A stretch of DNA of 64,000 nt from Fimbriosthenelais zetlandica (Eukaryota). Shown in pieces: positions 13,731 to 28,200 of this stretch (within the stretch, counting starts at the first letter, position 1; every line of letters starts with the position of its first letter). A program made the position numbers and the translations under genes. A model generated the notes under the pieces. That model did not search any database. It saw only the letters and a list, made by a program, of their open reading frames with translations, and was not told the DNA's origin. Location of the stretch: assembly GCA_977030845.1 (NCBI GenBank), contig OZ365118.1:19654001-19718000 (forward strand), written 5' to 3'.

Positions 13731-14915
13731 TACTTCTCTTAAGCTAGAGATCCCAAACCCATATGGACGGTTTAAGATCATCTCCTACGATCATTCAACC
13801 CTTCTTGCCGACCTTACAGACTTGATTTTAACTATCTGAATCATAACTACTAGAAGTAACATTGTTGAGACCCACAGCACTATATTAATTGAGGAAATTC
13901 TAGAATTCTGTTAGAATTTTCTATATTAAGTCTCTATATGATTGGATGGATCTGTAGGCTCCTATAGAGGGACGGCTACATTACTTGTCCCCATTCCTCG
14001 AGGTGTCCAAGCAGGTTCAATGCTGGCAAAAAAAGAGATGAAGGCAGGCAGAATAATGAAGGGAAAGACCCAATCTATCACGGCGTCTGTATCTGGTCGC
14101 CCCATGCTCCCTCTAGCGGGATGTGGGCCAAGCTTTACGTCATCCACTTCCTCTTTACTGTGGTCGGGGCCTACCCTGGAGCTAACTCCTCCTTTTACAT
14201 TTTTCCTATATTTTATGTCGCTATATTCCCTTCATCTATTAACAACCCTTATCTCTCATATCGCACTAAGGGTTGACTCTCCCAATGGCAGATCCGGAAA
14301 TCCAGAATATTGTCTAGAAAAGTGATCAGCCATAGTCATGGATATGCCTATGAGCTAATTAAACCAACCCTGAGGTGTTTAAACAAATGGTTGTGCCCCC
14401 TGCCCCCCGCCCACCACCTACCCCAGTACTTGTAAAGGAGCGCCTCGTTTTGATCTTGTTCATGTTAGACGCTCTTGTAGCGTTCCTCAAGCTGAGGTCG
14501 CCAATAATCATTCACTGGTCATGGGTAGTCCTCACCCCCTCACCAGAGGGCGTCCCCTAAAACGATGGTCAGAGTCGGGGTTTATGTTGTGTTCATACTC
14601 GGCCGATTCTTATATTTCTTCATCTTGAAAAGTTGATTTATAATTTAGGTCCTACAATCATGTAAACTTAGTATATATTATGAGGAAGAGATTCTGAAAT
14701 GATTGTAGCAAGTCAGGGATTCCGTTATTGTAGAGGATTTATTTCACTTCAGTGTTTCACAGTATGAAATACTTCTTACAGAGTTAAACACATGGTACTC
14801 ACACTACAATAACAAGACAGAGCAGGATTATAACATGTGTGATTAGTTTAAGAATTAGTCCTAGATTACATTTATATCTGGACATACAATACTCAGCGTC
14901 GGCAACATATCAAGG

Positions 14916-17900
14916 TTAATAGTTACAAGTTGTTGAAGTATAATGACATGTTTTCAGGGAATCATCCCACACTGTACCCTCGGCACACATTTGCTCATAA
15001 AAGAGGCCGCCACCGCATGCCACATAGCCGTTACATCGCACACACGACTGATAGTTACCGTCAGGCCGTCTTGAACAACTTGGCGCACACACCGTCGCAC
15101 CCTCCTTTCCTGAATGCCCTCTCACTTCTGGTGCTTCAGTAGCTTCTGGTGCAGGTGCTTCAGTAGCTTCTGGTGCAGGAGCTTCAGTGTTTTCTGGTGG
15201 TGGAGCGTCAGTGTTCGGTGGCTGGGTGTCGGGTTGTTCTGGGGGAGGTGTAGTTGTTGGTCCAGGTGTCACAGAGCAAGTTGTTGATTCCCCAAGACAC
15301 GCTTTATCAGTATCATCCCAGAATGTGCCCACAGAGCAGTTAAATACATACGTCAGCTCGTTAGAACACATTAAGAATTGACTACAACTTTCACAGTATT
15401 GGTGGTTACCATTAGCCTGACCCTCGCACGACGAGATACAGTTGGCCCCTCTCTTCCCCGCTCTCAACTCATCAATTTTAGAGGTTTCTAAACATGTTTT
15501 GGAGATAACTTCACACCTTTTAGATGAATCATCCCAGACTAAGCCCGGTGGACAGGCCCTTTCAAACATTTGCCTGTTTGAACATTCTACATATAGACTA
15601 CAAGTATCACAGTGTTGATAGTGACCATCGTCCAGGTCCACGCATGATGAGACACAACTGCAAGTGGTCGAGGCAAATTCACACATTTTAGATCCATCAT
15701 CCCAGACTAAGCCTGGTGGACAGGACCTTTCATACATTTGCTTGTTTGAACAGTGTACAAATAGACTACAACTATCACAGTGTCGATACTGACCATCGTC
15801 CCGGTCCACACATGATGAGACACAACTGCAAGTGGTCGAGGCAAATTCACACCTTTTAGATCCATCATCAAAGACTAAGCCTGGTGGACAGGACCTTTCA
15901 TACATTTGCTTGTTTGAACAGTGTACAAATAGACTACAACTATCACAGTGTTGATAGTCACCATCGGCCAGGTCCACGCATGATGAGACACAACTCTCAT
16001 CTCTCTTATCCGCTCTCAACTCAGGTTCCTTACGCTTTTCAAAGCAAGTGGTGGAAATAGCTTGGCACCTTTTAAAATTATCATCCCAGAATAAATCTTT
16101 TGGACAGGGCCTTACATACATAAGACTGTCCCAACATGTCACATAGTGATCACAACTATCACAATCTTGATAGTCACCATTGGCCCTGCCCTCGCACGAT
16201 GAGACACAGATCTCAAAGCAAGTGGTCGAGGTAGGTTCACACCTTTTTACATTATCATCCCAAAATAAACCATTTGGACAGGGCCTTACATGCATCTCAT
16301 TGTCCCAACATGTCACATAGTTACTACAACTATCACAGTCTTGATAGTCACCATTGGCCAGGCCCTCGCACGATGAGACACAGATCTCATCTCTCTTACC
16401 GGCTCTTAGCTCAGCAGGTGCTTCAGTAGCTTCTGGTGCAGGTGCTTCAGTAGCTTCTGGTGCAGGTGCTTCAGTAGCTTCTGGTGCAGGTGCTTCAGTA
16501 TTTTCTGGTGGAGGAGCGTCAGTGTTAGGTGGCTGGGTGTCGGGTTGTTCTGGGGGAGGTGTAGTCGTTGGTCCAGGTGTCACAGAGCAAGTTGTTGATT
16601 CCACAAGACAAGCTTTATCAGTATCATCCCAGAATGTGCCCACAGAGCAGTTAAATACATACGTCAGCTCGTTAGAACACATTAAGAACTGACTACAACT
16701 GTCACAGTATTGATGGTTACCATTAGCCTGACCCTCGCACGACGAGATACAGTTGGCCTCTCTCTTAACCGCCCTCAACTCATCGATAGGACATGTCGAA
16801 GAAAAATAGAGACATTCCTTCGCTAAGCCATGCCAGACTGTGCCGGATGGACATTTTCTCTTATCATGTAAGTTCCCATTGCTACAGGTGGCATAGAACT
16901 GACACCCATAACATGAGTGATAGTCGCCATCTCTCATACCCACACATGAACTGACACACCATGAAGGCGTGTCATGTACAGCCCGTGTGTCAGAGTCCTT
17001 ACTGCAGTCAGGAGGGTTATATGTACACATAACATTCCTGTTATCCCACCGCAAACCTGCCGGACATCTACGTTCATAAAACACGCCACCACTACAACTC
17101 ACGTAAAATGTACAACCTTGACATGAGTAATAATGCCCATCATTCACATTATGACATGACGCCACGCAGAAAGGGGGGCGCTTCCTGGTTGACAGGGCCC
17201 GTGTATCAGGGTCCTCCATGCATTCTGGGGAGTCGTACGTACACCAGCCCCTGGACCCTTGCCATTCCAAACCAGCCGGACATCTACGTTGATAAAGCAC
17301 CCCACCACTACAGCTGACGTAGAAGGTACAGCCATAACAGGACGTATAATGACCATCAGGCATATTCTTACACGATGACACACAGGAAGGGGCTTGCTTA
17401 TGATGGCTTTTCTTCCCCAGCAGTGACAGTAGAGATGGTTTGGGAGGGGTTATAGGCACACCTTTGGGACAATTTCTGTGCCCACGTTGACATGATTGTG
17501 TGGTTTGATCCCAGAAGAGATCGTCAGGGCAGGCTCGTCTGTCATAGAGGTGACCGTTACTACACGTGGCGTAGTGTTGACAGCTGTAACAGGACGGGTA
17601 GTCACCCGACTCCAGCCCCTCACATGATGTGATACATTCAGGGCGTTCTGGTCTTCCTACAACAAAAATTAATATGGTCAATATTTGCCAAACTCAAACC
17701 TATAGTCCCACTCAAAGCTGTATAGTCCAACTCAAAGCTAGAGTCAAACTCAAACCTATAGTCAAAGTCAAAGCTACAGTCTAACTCAAACCTATAGTCA
17801 AAGTCAAAGCTATAGTCTAACTCAAACCTATAGTCAAAGTCAAAGCTATATATTCAAACTCAAATTTATCTATAGTCAAAATCAAAACTATAGTCAAACG

Positions 17901-18066
17901 CAAAGCTATACATTTTGATTGCATATAGTTTTGTATAAAAGAAAGGCGATGCTTTGCAATACAAAATTAACGTGTGGATATCAATGTCCTTATATAAAAC
18001 ATACTCACCAAACAAAATACCTGAAGTGGTGGCTGCAAAGAGTAGAACCAGCATCAACGGTGCCAT
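14916..18066 (-). CDS. Secreted chitin-binding protein with 12 peritrophin-A/CBM14-like domains, about 932 aa
   Basis: Exon 1 (18066-18009) encodes signal peptide MAPLMLVLLFAATTSGILF with a GTGAGT donor. Exon 2 (17656-14916) follows ttgtag and is phase-matched. Twelve repeats of C-x3-C-x5-G-x-Y/H-x2-C-x2-C-x2-Y/F-x2-C...C-x2-G/D-x2-W...C...C, plus two Pro/Thr/Glu/Ala mucin-like linkers. Confidence 0.9.
17690..17910. repeat. Intronic minisatellite, about 18 bp units (CAAACTCAAACCTATAGT / CAAAGTCAAAGCTATAGT)
   Basis: About 11-12 degenerate units in the intron of the chitin-binding gene. Confidence 0.85.
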
Positions 18067-21000
18067 GTTTCTCCCGTCTCTAATCCCACTAATCTCACGA
18101 TGATCGCTTAATCCCTCCACTCAGCTACTGATGCCTCATGTGTGGTCTCTCAACCCCTCCGTCCGTTTATGTACTGTTTTCCAATGACGCTATGGAGATA
18201 ATCTGATAAGAATTCTGATAGCTCATATCTTCAAATTCTCATATCTTCGAATGGTCTTCATTGTACTTGAGATTCTCTGTATTTATATGTACGGTAGTTA
18301 GTATGGAATCCGGGTGAGAGGTGCCAGTCTGACCCCAGACCACACCTCACGTACGACAACTTATTGTTTTTCTTTCTAATACGTCAGACGATTTGAGAGG
18401 AATCGATTGATTTAGTGTTTACAGTGATAATGTATTGACGTATATTGAAGATAAACTAGGGTGGGCCTGAAAGTGGGAAATATCAAAATCCCAACAGGTA
18501 TCATGTGAAAACAGGACCCGGAATTCCTGATTATCAATATCTGATTCTCTGAAAGACCTATAAGATACCGCAATGTACACTTATGTAAGTGTATACAGGT
18601 TTATATAATCTTACTTCAAGTGCAACTAACGAGTATAGAATGATATATTTGTTATCTCAAGATCATTATTTCTGTATAATATTTCTATATTAAAAGATGA
18701 TCAATTATTCATAAAGTGACTGTTACTGCCATCTTAAACATAGGTGTATAAAATGCAGTGGCAGTAGATGAGTAGATGAGTGGCAGTAGATGAGTGGATT
18801 TTTTTTTAGAGTTGGGATTATAAGACTGAGTTATCAGTGGTACCATGTGCCAGCCACAGATTACTGATAAGGTGGACCGTGAGGGAGATGTAGAGGTGGG
18901 TGTGGTCTCTCCCCACAACCTTCCTCTAACGTACCACTGATTAGTTATCACACTAAATGTGTAACTTCTAATTCTACTAAATACTCCCACACTGGGCTCT
19001 ACTAAATACCCCGCTCACTGGGCCTCATTCATAACTAAGATGCGTCTGCCAGGGCGTTCCCTCATCCTCGAATGTCCAGCCAACTCCTGGCGGAATCTAT
19101 CAGGCTTTAATTCATTCAAATTCAATACATTCTCGCCAGTTTCTCGCGGGATTATGCAACGGGCTTGATTCAAAACAAAATGCTTTAGTCCATTAGCAAG
19201 TGATTACACTGATCTATTGTAACGCTTCTCATGAAACATACCACAATAGAGTGGATCTTGTTGAAAAAACTAGTTCAGAAAGACTCGTCAGACAATATTA
19301 AGAGGTGCAGACAAGTGTCTGGGAGTCAGTAAATACAATGGGAATTGTGACATGGTTTTATCTTTTATTGATGTAGCAGTAAATCTCTGAATGACATACA
19401 AAACATCTAAGATAACTAAGTACTTATGTGGCAATATATCTCAGAATGAGTTTACATAAAACATCTTAGATAACTAAGCACTTTGTTGAGGCAAGGTGAA
19501 GGACCTAACAATCTGTTTATGTCAAATAATATGAAAAAAGAGCCCGACAAACTCAAAGTCTGTCATAGATTGATAATAAGTGCCATAAGAGAAAATCAAT
19601 ATTGGTAATCTACATATGTGTAGAAGTCAGTGACATAAAAAAGTGTGCTAAATATCCCAAGTTTACAAAGCATACATGTATTTTGCATGCAACTAAATTG
19701 ATATGTATATACATACATAAGACAATATAACATGATAATATAAGAAAGATAATCAGAAAATGTTAAATATAAATTGAAACTATTAATGTGACTTATTTAA
19801 TTTGTACATGTTATATATATGAGATATTATCTATCTGCAGATATCATGAGAGGCTGGAAGCTCAATCGTTATGTGATGACCGTCTCCTACCCTCCTTCCC
19901 TGACTACAGGAATTCTTTAACTTCCATGATGTGGACAACACCATCAGACCCATCAAACCGTATGCAGAACAAGATATTAACAGGTATAAAGTCATTTTAC
20001 TTGTGAGTTAGTGTTAAGTTTTATACATGTATTACAGGTCTCAGTTATGTTATTTCTTGTTATTCTTGTTGCCATGGCTGTCCTCTACCCCTGAGTTCTC
20101 CATGGTCCACCCTATCTGGGGTGAAGCCAGTCCTCCCTTCTCTCGTTTTTCTCTCATCTTCTCTCCTCCTCACCTCTGGCCGCCACCCTGGGCCATGCTG
20201 ATGATCGTTCTGCCACCTTCTCTTTGCTGTGTAATACTTTATATAACTCCCATGAGACCTGGCAGCCAAGTGTTAGCCCGACCAATTTGTGACTGGGTCT
20301 TCTCCCTATTCACAGTATGGATACTACCTTACTAAGATCTCGCGTATTTATAGCCTTTTCCCATTTCATTGGCTAATATACATCCACCCTGTGAAATTTA
20401 TCAACCATATCCTTCAATCATTATTAAAACCCATAGAAATATCAAAGACTGAATATCTGAATATGAAGATATAAACCTTCACAAATTACAATTATTTCGA
20501 GATTGACTCAATGATTTCCAATGTCATATCTGGGAGTTTGGACCCCCTACAGTCTCATGAGTGGGCCGTGTTATAGCTGATGTGGCATGCTGTCTCTAAT
20601 GGGGACATAACACTAATGCTTTATCATGTTCTTATATCAAGGGCAGGTTTCTTTAAACAAATCTGTCACTGTAACCCATAGACTTACTATAGGAAAGCTT
20701 GGTTGTGACACAAGCCCCTTGTAACATTATATACGCTTTTTACCACTCAGGTATCTCCCACTTTAGAGTACCTGCTTATATGTACAGCCATATGGCCCTG
20801 ACCCTAGTGATATCAAATGCCAGCCATGTTTCTCACTGTCTGTGGTGAGAGGCATGTAAGAAGCCAGCCATATTACCTCTGTGATACACTAGGTGGTGCC
20901 ACCAGCCCTCCCCAGGCTGGCATCTTAACAGTATTGTTATCCATTACCCGACTAAAACAAAACTAGCAACTTTAAATTATACAAATAATTCTTTATTTGA

Positions 21001-21900
21001 ATATATACAAAAATCGTCTGGATTTCATTCAACAGTCTATACATTAGATGATAAAATTAGCCATTTATTAAGTCTGTACCAGTATGAAAGGCATCTCCAA
21101 AATGTATGTATATGTGTCAGGAATATATAAAATATATATGATTGCATAAAACGATCTTAGTGTATGGATGGAAACTTCAACATACTTGTTTGCCGGTAAC
21201 TCAGTGAATATTATTAGGATCTTATAGGGACTTATGACCTGATGATTTACTAACATCACTTTATGATGGCTTGTTGATATTGGAATGGTGCGGGTCTCCA
21301 TACTGGAGTAGAATGTTAGAGTATAGCACGGGTACGTCCTGCGTAGATGTATGCAATGATTACCTCAATATTTACATCATAATTCACAAATATATGATAC
21401 TTGATATATTCCAGCAATGGAATGCCTTCAGTAAAAACCCATAAACAAAATAATATTATATTTAAGAAAATAGTCTACTCAGATCGTTATCTTATATTAT
21501 ATAATCCCAAAATATAACGTATCCCAGCGTGGAATGATTTCATTGATAAACAGCGGTTATAACATATAATATTATATAATCATTTACAAATAATCAAATC
21601 ACTCAGTTTCATTTTTGAACTCTTGTAAAATATTCTTATTTTTCTGAAGCATAGCTAGAACTACCTTGAGGAAAGAGCTGGTTCAGAATTACATTATGCG
21701 AATTCACTTAACTGATTCATATGTAAAGGGACTAAAAATCTAAATCTAAAACACATTCTAAAAGTATGTACATACAATAGTTTGATATTATACATGTACT
21801 CCCAAAGAAAGCAATTCCCAAACCAAATATACAGCGATGATCTAAAGCATCATTCATACCACAATAGAGCAGGCATTGAGTATCTCAAGCTCAGGAACTG

Positions 21901-21982
21901 TTATGAAACAGGCGCCTGTTTCACAATAAAAGATGAGCACTTTAGCATTGCCTAATGTCGCTTATCTTTTTATGAAACAGGC
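21901..21982. mobile_element. Small MITE-like element with GCCTGTTTCA(T/C)AA terminal inverted repeats
   Basis: Left arm gcctgtttcacaataaaagatgagc (21914-21938) pairs with right arm gcttatctttttatgaaacaggc (21960-21982). An extra right-end copy ttatgaaacaggc sits at 21901-21913. Confidence 0.55.
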
Positions 21983-22259
21983 TCCTGATATGACTAAACA
22001 TATTAACATGCGTCACCTTGACACATTCACTGCAGGAATGTATGTAGGATAAACTAATGTTAAAATAACTAATCCAAATTTTAAAAGAATCACACTTCTT
22101 TCACAAGTCCATTTTTGATATGAACATGAATACCTAACATGGTATTGGCCGGGGTGTGTATGGTCATGTAGATTCTGTATCTGTATTCCACCCTGGTTCA
22201 CCTGGGGCCTCATGACGTTATATAACAGTATGTAATGGGTGCCTGGTTCATGGTATATA

Positions 22260-25200
22260 TTACATGTAAGTTGTAGCATGGATGTAGCCTGGGTTGTCTT
22301 GTCCTGTCTTACCATTAGCAGTACTAGGACTGGGTCCATCATAACTGGGCGGCATCTCAAACGTAGGATTATAGCCTGTGTCTGCGTAGATACCAGTACG
22401 GTGCTTGGGCAGAGCTGGGCCCCATTCTGCTGTGGGCTGGATGGCCCGATGAAGAGTCTAAAACGATGATAAAATATATTTATTATCGTTATTTCAATAT
22501 TAGTAAAATGGAATATACAATAGAAAGATGCAGTAAATGTATTTTTTTAAATTTTACAAAAAACCGATCCCGCCATATCAACTATTATTAAACATAGTTG
22601 AAGTATAAAGGTACCGTAAATGTTGTAAAGTGTAGCTTACCTCAGTGTAGTGGTCTCCGGGTTTATGGTGGATAAAGAGAGCCACTATAGCCCAGAGTGG
22701 GATCATAATGAGTGCTATAGCCACCATGAACCAACCCATACCCTCAGCCCAGGCCGGGTACTCATAACTCTCATACTTCAGAGGTGTGTATTGTACAGCA
22801 GAGAAGATAATGACAAACTGAAATACAAATCATCATTATATTACTAAATAATGACTAAATAATGGCTGAAATATGCAGAATATATAGAGGTGAAAGGGAG
22901 CTGTGACTCTAGTCCTGTCATGGGGACGAGGGCTAGTCTCAGGTGGGAGGAGTGAGGGATTGAGGAGCTGTGACTCTAGTCCTGTCATGGGGACGAGGGC
23001 TAGTTTCAGGTGGGAGGAGTGAGGGACTGAGGAGCTGTGACTCCAGTAATTTAAGTTTTAAATGAGAGAATGTTGTAAACATACCAGGAGCATGGCAGGT
23101 GTGAGCAGGACCCAGGTGACCATCCAGTAGGGGTTGGGACGGAATCCAATCATCATAGAAAGATCATCCATAAAGCGGAACACGCCTGAAAAATACATTC
23201 ACTTTATTAGTAAATCAGTCAACCCTCTAATCATATTCCCTATTTATATTATATTTAGGATACATTATCGCTGTTTAGAGACATATACATAGGCAGTAAA
23301 ATACTGATGAACATTCAGAACTTAGATGTGAATTGTGATAAGAGTACGTACCATAGACCCAGGCGAGGGCTATAAGTTCTGTTAAAGCCACCACCATGAG
23401 TGAGAAACCGGCACTGTAGTTATCAAACAATGTCATCACGTAGATACCAGCCTGAAATAATGTAAAATGACACGCATAAATAACATGAAAATATAACCAT
23501 ACAGCCTGAGACAAAATAACACGCATAAATAACATGAAAATATAACCACACAATCAATCAAAAACATCAATCACTAAGGTAATAATAATTAATATACATG
23601 TGGGACAGATATATCTGGTTTTAGAATGGAATCGCTGAAACTGTAGATAGTAAATTTAATGTGAACATTAATATATTAATATAAATACTGACCCTGGAGC
23701 ACTGGGGCAGACCCAGGAGGAAGAAGACTATACAGCAGGTGAGTGTGAGTCCGATCTTCCTCCAGCCCTGGCGGAACCAGGCAAACTCATCCACTAGAGC
23801 TGAGATGACAGTCTCCATCATAGCGAACTGACTGTCAAGGCCCAGGGTGAACAACATGAGGAAGAATAGAATAGACCAGAATGGGGCGGCCGGCATCATG
23901 GCGATACCTTCAGGGTAGGCGATGAAGGCTAGGCCAGGTCCTGTAATGTAGAGGGAAATTATATTAAAATTACATAGAAATTAGATACATATATTGCGTA
24001 GAAATTAGATACATATATTGCAGAGAAATTACATACATATATTGCAGAGAAATTACATACATATATTGCAGAGAAATTACATCTATTATTGGCCCTATTG
24101 CATACAAATACCATCCATATTACATGGGAGTAACATTTTGCCTAGAAATGGCATGTCTAATACATATCAAAAACTTGTATTTTACATAAAAATGACATAA
24201 TTATATAGCATTATATAATGATATATAGTTGAACCTACCGCTGGCAGCGACATCTTGGACAGGCACTCCAGTCACGAACGACATGTGACCCATGACTGAG
24301 AAGATGACAAAACCAGCAAAAACACTGGTAGCACAGTTCAGCACGGCCACTATGAGAGAGTCCCTGAAATTAAAAACAAGAAATATTATATATTTATACC
24401 ATATCTACCTCTCAGTGGATCCATACATCTCTGTGATGCTCAATGATCATTGAATCATAGATCTCAGTTAATTCCATCTTCACTTGTTTATCATTCAATC
24501 ATGCTTGTTGAGAATTTCATGTCAGGTTCATGATAATCATGTGAGACTTTATACCTGTAGACGTTGTTGTTGAATCGGTTGTAGCTAGCCATGGTTTCTA
24601 AACCTCCGAAAGACACACCGAGCGAGTAGAAGATCTGAACGGCCGCACTGTACCATACCTGAAAATGAAATGGATCAAAAATTAAGTTTTTAAACTATAA
24701 GCACTTCTGAAATAGTTACTGTATAAGATAGAGTATTTATTGTAGAGTGTTAGCATTAGGGGGATCTAGGTGTTGTCCGCTTGTAATGGTCAACTGAACT
24801 CACTCACCCACCCACCCCCTCACTCACTCATTTCTAGCTACCCACACACACCTCCCTCCCTCGTTCACTCACTCATTCCTGAGCACACTCACACAGATCC
24901 AAACAGTGGGTGATCCAAGCTCTCTGACACCGCTGCTTTGAGATTAACCTTCAAGAAGTATTCCTTCTGGTGAGTGTTGATAGATTTATTACCTGTCTTA
25001 TCTTGTATTTATTGTATTTATTGAAAGCACTGAACAATGCAATGGTTTGTTTGTGTGCTGCCTTAGGCCTGTATGTGAATGACTATGTATAGAGTGAGAT
25101 TGACCAGAGCTGGTATGTGACATTAGAGATTGACCACAGCTGATTGTTTTGGGACATTAGATGGTTGCTATGATCAACTATAGTTCTCTCTCGTTGCTAT

Positions 25201-28200
25201 GACGTACCTTAGCGTCTGATAGCTTGTCCCAGTCAGGTATGACGTAGAACCTAACGCCCAGGTAGGCTCCTTCTAGAGTGGCGTTCCTGATGAGCAGGAT
25301 GACGAGTACAATGTAGGGGAATGTAGCTGTCACATAGACCACCTAAAACACATGACATTCACATTTAGTAACATTCAGCTACAATAGAATCATTGAGTTG
25401 TTGATTTCTCTAAGATTTCAATAATGATACTAAGTGACTTCCCATGATCTCTGAGATTTCAGTCAGGCATTATTATATGCTTTGATATATTTAAAATTGC
25501 CACATTCATTTTAAAATATGTTTGGCAATATGTGGAATGTCTCTAAAAAGATCAATGAATGATTGTGATTTGGTTTACCTTTCCTGAGGATTTGATTCCT
25601 TTGATGAGACATAAGAAGATAACGATCCATGCGAGGAGCAGGCAGAGAGCCAGCTGCCAGCGGATATCACCCTGTCCGTCATCAATACCCATAGAGATGT
25701 CTAATACCTCACGTCTATAAACATAATTAAACCATTAATAATCATTCACTGCCACTGAGCGGTAAACTTCATATAAGTGACTAAAACAGGGAAGAATTGA
25801 GCGCGTTTTATCATATGATTTTAACGCTAAGATATGAATGATCCTATAGATAATATGCTCAGTTATGCACATGTATATTTACAGTATGGGTTAATATACT
25901 TACTCCCAGTAGATTTCACTTGGCGTTTTCTTCACAGAACAGTTGCCGATGTACTCTGTTGTGTTAGTCATGTCCATACTCTTCAGATCTTCACAGTACA
26001 TTTCTAGAAAAATTAGAATATTCAAAACATTAGTAACGCTGTGGAAGTACAGAAAAATAGTGAAAAGCACTATAAGATCTCTTAGGAAATTAATTAGAAT
26101 ATCCTAGTAGTCAGGTCTATATGAAGGGCTTGTATTAAGCATATTGACCAGTACTTACTGGTGAGATTTCGCATGGTTTGGTTGAGGGCACTTCGCTCCT
26201 GACACCCATACTTCTCTATCCATTCTGGGCGACATTCCTGCCACGGTAGATGCGAGGTGAAGGAAGCGAACACATAGTAGAGAGTGTAGGCGATAATCAT
26301 GTTATAATAGATACACACCAGGCCAGAGATGACCACCATAGCCCAGCCCAGACCTGAAACACAAAATAGTTCATTAATAATAGAAAAATGGATATATTGG
26401 ATGTATGTCCCCATTCCCCGAATATTTAAGGGCCCACCCCTCTTTCCGACACCCATGGTCTGTCAAATAATGGCTGTTTTATAATCAAATATTTTCAAAG
26501 GGTGTTCAATAATATTAAGTATTGAAACGCAGTATTGATTTGGAGTATTTACCTTTGAAGATGGGTGCAGCCCTCCATACAGAGATGGGACCTAGCGATG
26601 CGAACTGACCCAAACCCATCTCCATAAAGAACAATGGTAGACCGGCCACCGATAACATGACCACGTACGGGATGAGGAAGGAAGCTGAAAATAATAATCA
26701 TAATAGTTAAAGAAATGTTCTTAAACTTTATCAAATCTCTTAGAAAAATTCATGCCAGTGAAAATCCTATACGAAAGTTGGATTTGATAGATGTGGTTCC
26801 TTCAAATGACAGCATTTAAACTGCTGGTTGAGGAATTTATGTCAATTTTTATTGCATATTAAGAACACACAACAATCTATACATTATTTTGCTCACCTCC
26901 TCCATTTTTGTAAGCTTGGTAGGGGAATCTCCACACATTGCCTAGACCCACAGCGTAGCCTATAGCTGAGAGGAGGAAGTCCAGCTTCCCCGACCAGTTC
27001 CCTCTCTCCTTATTCTCATCTCCTTCATCCTCAGGATCGCCAGTCACTCCCTCACTCTGAAACGTAGATACAGATCATTAACATTGGTTCATCATTAGAT
27101 CATAGAGGTATAAGAAGGATGGGTGATTGGGGCTTAATAATCTAGAAATTCCAGCTAGAAGTTCCAAGCTGAGTCATGGACGTTAAGACTTTTCAGTCAC
27201 GGTCGGTTGACATGATTTGACACTTGACAGAATGATCATCTGTGTTTAAATCAGCAAGAATTAGTCATCAGTCAGTATGGAACTTCCCACCTACACGATA
27301 AGACATAAATATATACCACCCATCTATATAGGCATCCATGAGCTTGGGGCTTTTTCTGACAACTTTGATGAATTTCTATAAGACAAGGTAGCTCCCATGA
27401 ATCACCTTGAGAACCTTAAAATGGTACTAGTATATGGAGGGATCATTTACTGTATACAGGATTACCCAGGATTATACTGAGCCATCCATATGACATGTTA
27501 CTTGTCTATTCATCTGCAATGATCCAGTGGTATAATCTCTGTGGAGGGAGCCCTCCGCCCTTAATCCCTTACCCCCAATTTACAATGATAAACCCGCTTA
27601 TCTCATGAACCCCTCCTCAAGGTTTTCCTGGATGTCATTAAGTCTAGTCATTTCATTATTTACCTCTCTATGTAACATATATTGGTATTTTCTCCAGAGA
27701 AGAGTCTAGGAAACCAGGACATGACCTGTGGGTAAATTCCTGGTGTGGAAGGTGCATATTTTATGTGAAGGTACCACACCTAGGTTATTTTATGAAACGC
27801 GCCCTTGTATAACGATGTACAGGTAGATACAGGTGTTTATAGATCTCCTATAAACCATTAATTGCACGTTTGATCTTTGAGTTTAACCACCAACTATTCC
27901 CACGCAGTCATACTCCAAACTTTCCAGCCACCCTCTGTGTTTGCGCTGCCTCACAGCTCGGCCATATTTTAGGTTATGTAAACTTATTTGAACATATTGG
28001 CATGTGAGAGAGAGCAGGGTCCTACCACAATAGTACCTGTTTGATTACTAGCATGTATATTGCCAAACACTTTTATATCCCTACCTGTGAATAAATCTAT
28101 TACACTGGAGTGGGATCTGGGGGTTTGGGATTTAGAAGTAGGGGAGTCTTTTCTGCCACCTTGCAGCCCGTCTATAGAGACCAATATACAAAATATGTCT

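Noticed and set aside
13942-14620. Overlapping plus and minus ORFs, one with a TM-like stretch (VIDWVFPFIILPAFISFFA)
   Set aside because: A phase-compatible upstream exon exists but has no start codon or good acceptor, and there is no recognisable homology.
14930-17383. Short ORFs antisense to or in alternative frames of the chitin-binding exon, and similar ones over the PRRT-like, LRR, OCA2 and CARD-PDZ exons
   Set aside because: Shadow ORFs caused by codon bias and repeats of the real coding strand.
19840-20335. Plus-strand exon-like pair separated by a roughly 55-nt GT-AG interval
   Set aside because: No coherent long reading frame or homology; at most a lncRNA, and unsupported without transcripts.
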